A program made the translations under genes and the position numbers. DNA of 64,000 nucleotides, taken from assembly GCF_035594765.1 (NCBI RefSeq), contig NW_026943822.1, positions 20,731,769-20,795,768 of the forward strand. The letters run 5' to 3'. Of the stretch, positions 60,822 through 64,000 are shown one piece after another. This DNA is from Anolis carolinensis (taxonomy: Eukaryota). Under the pieces are notes generated by a model. The model saw only the letters and a list, made by a program, of their open reading frames with translations. It was not told where the DNA came from and ran no database searches. How positions within the stretch are numbered: the stretch's first letter is position 1; the number at the start of each line of letters is the position of its first letter.

Positions 60822-61240
60822 GTAAGTACAATAAGATGCCATGGCTTTGTGTCACATTGCTCCCTTTGGGGACTAGATAAGACTATAAATGTCTTCCAGT
60901 GTTGTGAACTTTTTCCGGTTTCTGAATACAGACTAACAAGGATTCTGCAGATTGACCCAAGTTTGGTAACTGAACTGTCAAGGAGTTATAAGCCATAGCT
61001 ATGGCACAGGCTTCTCCTTGGCCTTAAATGCACCCCAAGACATGGCAGAAAGGCCCCTGGCCTCCCTAGATAGCCTTTTCAGACATAGAAAATGTTTTAG
61101 AGAAAGTAAATGATTTCGGGGAGCAAAGCCACCTCCTGCCCTACTTATATAGGGTCATGGACAATTCAGACCTTTACAGAGAGCTTGTTGTTGTTGTTGT
61201 TGTTCCTTGACTGATGTTGTTGTTTTTACATCCTGGGCAG

Positions 61241-61400
61241 TTCACTCCATTACCCTTCTCCTAAACCTGCTTGCCTGCCTGGCCTGGTTCACCGTTAAAA
61301 CGGACAGAGGAGTAGACTTCGGCCTGTCCATCCTGTGGTTCATCTTGTTCACCCCTTGTGCTTTCCTCTGTTGGTATCGGCCCATTTACAAGGCATTCAG
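61241..61400 (+). CDS. SCAMP2: SCAMP2 exon 6 (followed by a GC donor)
   Basis: [17 protein letters not shown]...[28 protein letters not shown] (E peptide); CAG|gcaagt. Confidence 0.94.
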
Positions 61401-61665
61401 GCAAGTACCACATCCCATGTTGAAAAGGGGTTTGGAGTTTAGAGGTTTCCTTGTTCCTCAGACATAGAATTTTTACTTAGGTATCATAGTACAACCCCCT
61501 TCTGCCAAGTAGGAAAAGACTTGAAGAAATACAATAATTCTGTACATCAGAAATGATCTAGAATTCAGCAGAGAAAATGCCAAGGAGCTCAGTTTTTTTC
61601 CATAATACTTTTGTGGTTTTCTTCTAAGTGAAATCTAATGTGACTTTCCATCTTCCTCTTGGCAG

Positions 61666-61767
61666 ATCCGACAGTTCCTTCAGTTTCTTCGTCTTCTTCT
61701 TTGTGTTCTTCTGCCAGATAGCCATCTACATCATCCAAGCTGTTGGCATCCCTGGCTGGGGGGACAG
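61666..61767 (+). CDS. SCAMP2: SCAMP2 exon 7
   Basis: [34 protein letters not shown]; |gtaagc. Confidence 0.95.
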
Positions 61768-63123
61768 GTAAGCTCAACTGTGGCCTTTTAGGACACAAAG
61801 CAGCGCTGGATAGCTAAGCCTGCTTGCTACACTTGCCTCCAAGGCTTCGGCAGCCATTCTTTTCTAAAGCTTCTCTCTTTTCTCTCCTGATCTGCGGCTT
61901 CCACAGATCCCAGCTGATGCGCCTCTAACTCCATACCTCCTGCTCTTAAGTCCTTCGCCTGAAAGGCACGTATCTCCTCTAACTTTTCCTCATGCCTCCT
62001 TACCTTGCTGTGCCTCTCCTTTGCATGCTTTCCTGTTCTTCTTTTCTGCCCAGTTTTCTGACTACTTATAATTTTCTTTTTCAGCCATGTTGTCTGTTTA
62101 AAACAATCTAACGTTGATAGTACTTAGTCTGAATCCTCACAAACTTTCCTACCCCTGTTGGGGTAAAAGTTGGGATGCCCAGATCTGTTCTAGATGCCAG
62201 ACAAGAATTTGTACCCATCTAGCTTTGAAAGGCTGTGTCACCAACATGTCTGTGCCTTTTCCGTCTCAGCCTTGATCCATTTAGAAGGCCGGCAAGGTCC
62301 CAAAATAATCCAAAGTCTTTCGTTCCTGTGAATGTGAATAATCTTTATTATTGGATGTGGCAGTTCTTACCCTTTGGGTAAAAAAAGCAATGAGTTTAGC
62401 GTCTGTTTTTGCACATAACCTGGAGAAAAAGCCCTGAGCTGTGCCACTTTCTAGCCTGCCTTGGCTGTCACATCGAGTCATGCTCGGAGCACCTCTTCTG
62501 CTTACGTACACTTTTTTAGCCTGTCTTCAGGGTTGTGCTTTTAACCATATGCAATCCTGAACATTGGAGAAATTTCCATTGCCAGCTGAGCCTTTTCTTC
62601 TTCTACCCTTTCATCTACAATCAAGGTGATTAACTTTATATAGATACTAGCCATCTGCCTTTGGCTTTCATAGGCTGTGGTCCTGTATTTGCACTCCTGG
62701 AAGGAAGCCCTTTGAACAGGCCTTTTCCTTCTGAATAAACAAACACAGGATTGTATGTCAAGCTGAAGCAGGATTTTCAAATCTGTGCCAGGGATTATCT
62801 GTACTACTTTTCTCCCCATCCATATTAAGGGGTGGTGGAAGATGTGAATCAGGTGGATAATACTGGATAATAAGGAAAGGTAGGGCTCATTTGCTGAAAT
62901 GTCCACAGATCAAAGCCACACAAAACATTCTGAGTTGGGGAGAAGCTCAGAATGTTATTCAGTGGCAGTGTTTTGATTGCCATCTTCAGAAAGAACTACA
63001 GAAGATGAATTACTTAAACCCTGGAGTCACAGTTGCCTTTAGAAAGCTGGGCAAAATGTGGTCATGCAACCTTCACCCAACAACTTGTCAGATATTCTCC
63101 TACCCAAACCTTCCAAATGGTGT

Positions 63124-63256
63124 TGTCAAAGACTTTCATGGCCGGATTCATGGGGTTGTTGTGTGTTTTTTGGGCTGTATGGCCATGTTCCAGAAGGATT
63201 CTCTCCTGACATTTCACCCACATCTGTGGCAGGCACCCTCAAGAGGTTGTGAGGTA
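63124..63256 (-). mobile_element. Penelope-like terminal fragment with decayed hammerhead motif
   Basis: Reverse complement of the family; core reads cTTGAGGG...GAAATGTC. Confidence 0.6.
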
Positions 63257-64000
63257 CACAACAACCCTCCAAATGGTATTTGCAAAACCATCTAGAAGGC
63301 GTTGTTTGACGTTATACACATTCTCCTCTGGATCCTGTTCTAGTTACCAACTGTTTTGGTAACATTTGAGGCTTAAACCAGGGCCAGGGGTATTTATTCA
63401 TTTTTAAAAAAATTTAAAAAGTAGATTCCAGATAGCAAGTATTGCTCGCTCTCTATCAGCTAGTAGGCTGATAGGAATTGTGGGAGTTGAAGTCCAAACA
63501 CCTGGAGGGCTGAAGTTTGTCCACGCCTGCTCGAAATGGTTCTGTGGGCACAGTTTGCCATTTCAGCTGCAGTAGTTTTAAATACATTTTTGAAAATGCT
63601 GATCAAGCCACCAGAAAATGCTCCTGGTCAAATCACCATGTAACACATGGTTCTGTTTGTAGAAACAGTTTTAGCAGTTGCTGACAATGGCATTTGGGAG
63701 GAAATTATACACAAACAGCTGTTTCCTGACGAAACCAGTCTTCCATGATCTTGTCTATCAGTCACTGTAGAAAGCTTCAATTTTCAGGTGCTGCCAGGGG
63801 TTGATGCAAAACCATAGTGGGAGGAAGGAATGGCCTCACATTTTAGGCAGCTTGTCCTCAGATTAAATAGCTCAACCTTTCTGAAACTGGAACTCTCTGA
63901 TTCTGTTGGTTTACAATCTTCATCATCCTCTGTCTGTTTCTCCTGGAGGGTAACCAGATTGATCCAGAGATTGGAAAAAGCTACTATCCTTGCACGACAA

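Larger units (their letters stand above)
52926..61767 (+). other. SCAMP2: SCAMP2 coding span in window (exons 1-7, 3' partial)
   Basis: join(52926-52982,57794-57874,58686-58775,60139-60256,60693-60821,61241-61400,61666-61767); divergent from MPI as in human. Confidence 0.93.

Noticed and set aside
61768-64000. SCAMP2 exon 8
   Set aside because: No acceptor followed by a GWI-type continuation found; it is presumably beyond the window

Overview
Repeat-rich vertebrate genomic DNA. The repeat content (Sauria SINE, CR1 with an ATTCTATG tail, Penelope-like and R4/Dong-like fragments, many MITEs) points to a squamate, probably an Anolis-like lizard. Five genes can be assembled by hand from splice signals and protein similarity, in the same order and orientation as the human 15q24 block: RPP25 (+, intronless, 3105-3728, 207 aa), COX5A (+, 4 coding exons plus a 3'UTR exon, 144 aa), FAM219B (+, 6 coding exons, 188 aa), MPI (-, 8 exons, 423 aa) and SCAMP2 (+, exons 1-7, continuing past the window). 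There is a 133-N assembly gap at 11785-11917. The most notable non-genic signals are: (i) six minimal hammerhead-ribozyme motifs in Penelope-like repeats, two with an intact catalytic core and one as a TSD-flanked ~92-bp insertion; (ii) repeated tandem amplification of one Penelope-like segment into 85-bp and 75-bp minisatellites; (iii) triplication of the RPP25 C-terminus/3'UTR and an in-frame 81-bp duplication upstream of it; (iv) a Helitron carrying other TE fragments and flanked by a ~240-bp direct repeat; (v) several long fold-back palindromes; (vi) an orphan C2H2 zinc-finger fragment in a COX5A intron; and (vii) a GC-AG intron in SCAMP2. I found no CRISPR array or prokaryote-type system. 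TE family names come from recognition and need Dfam/Repbase confirmation.
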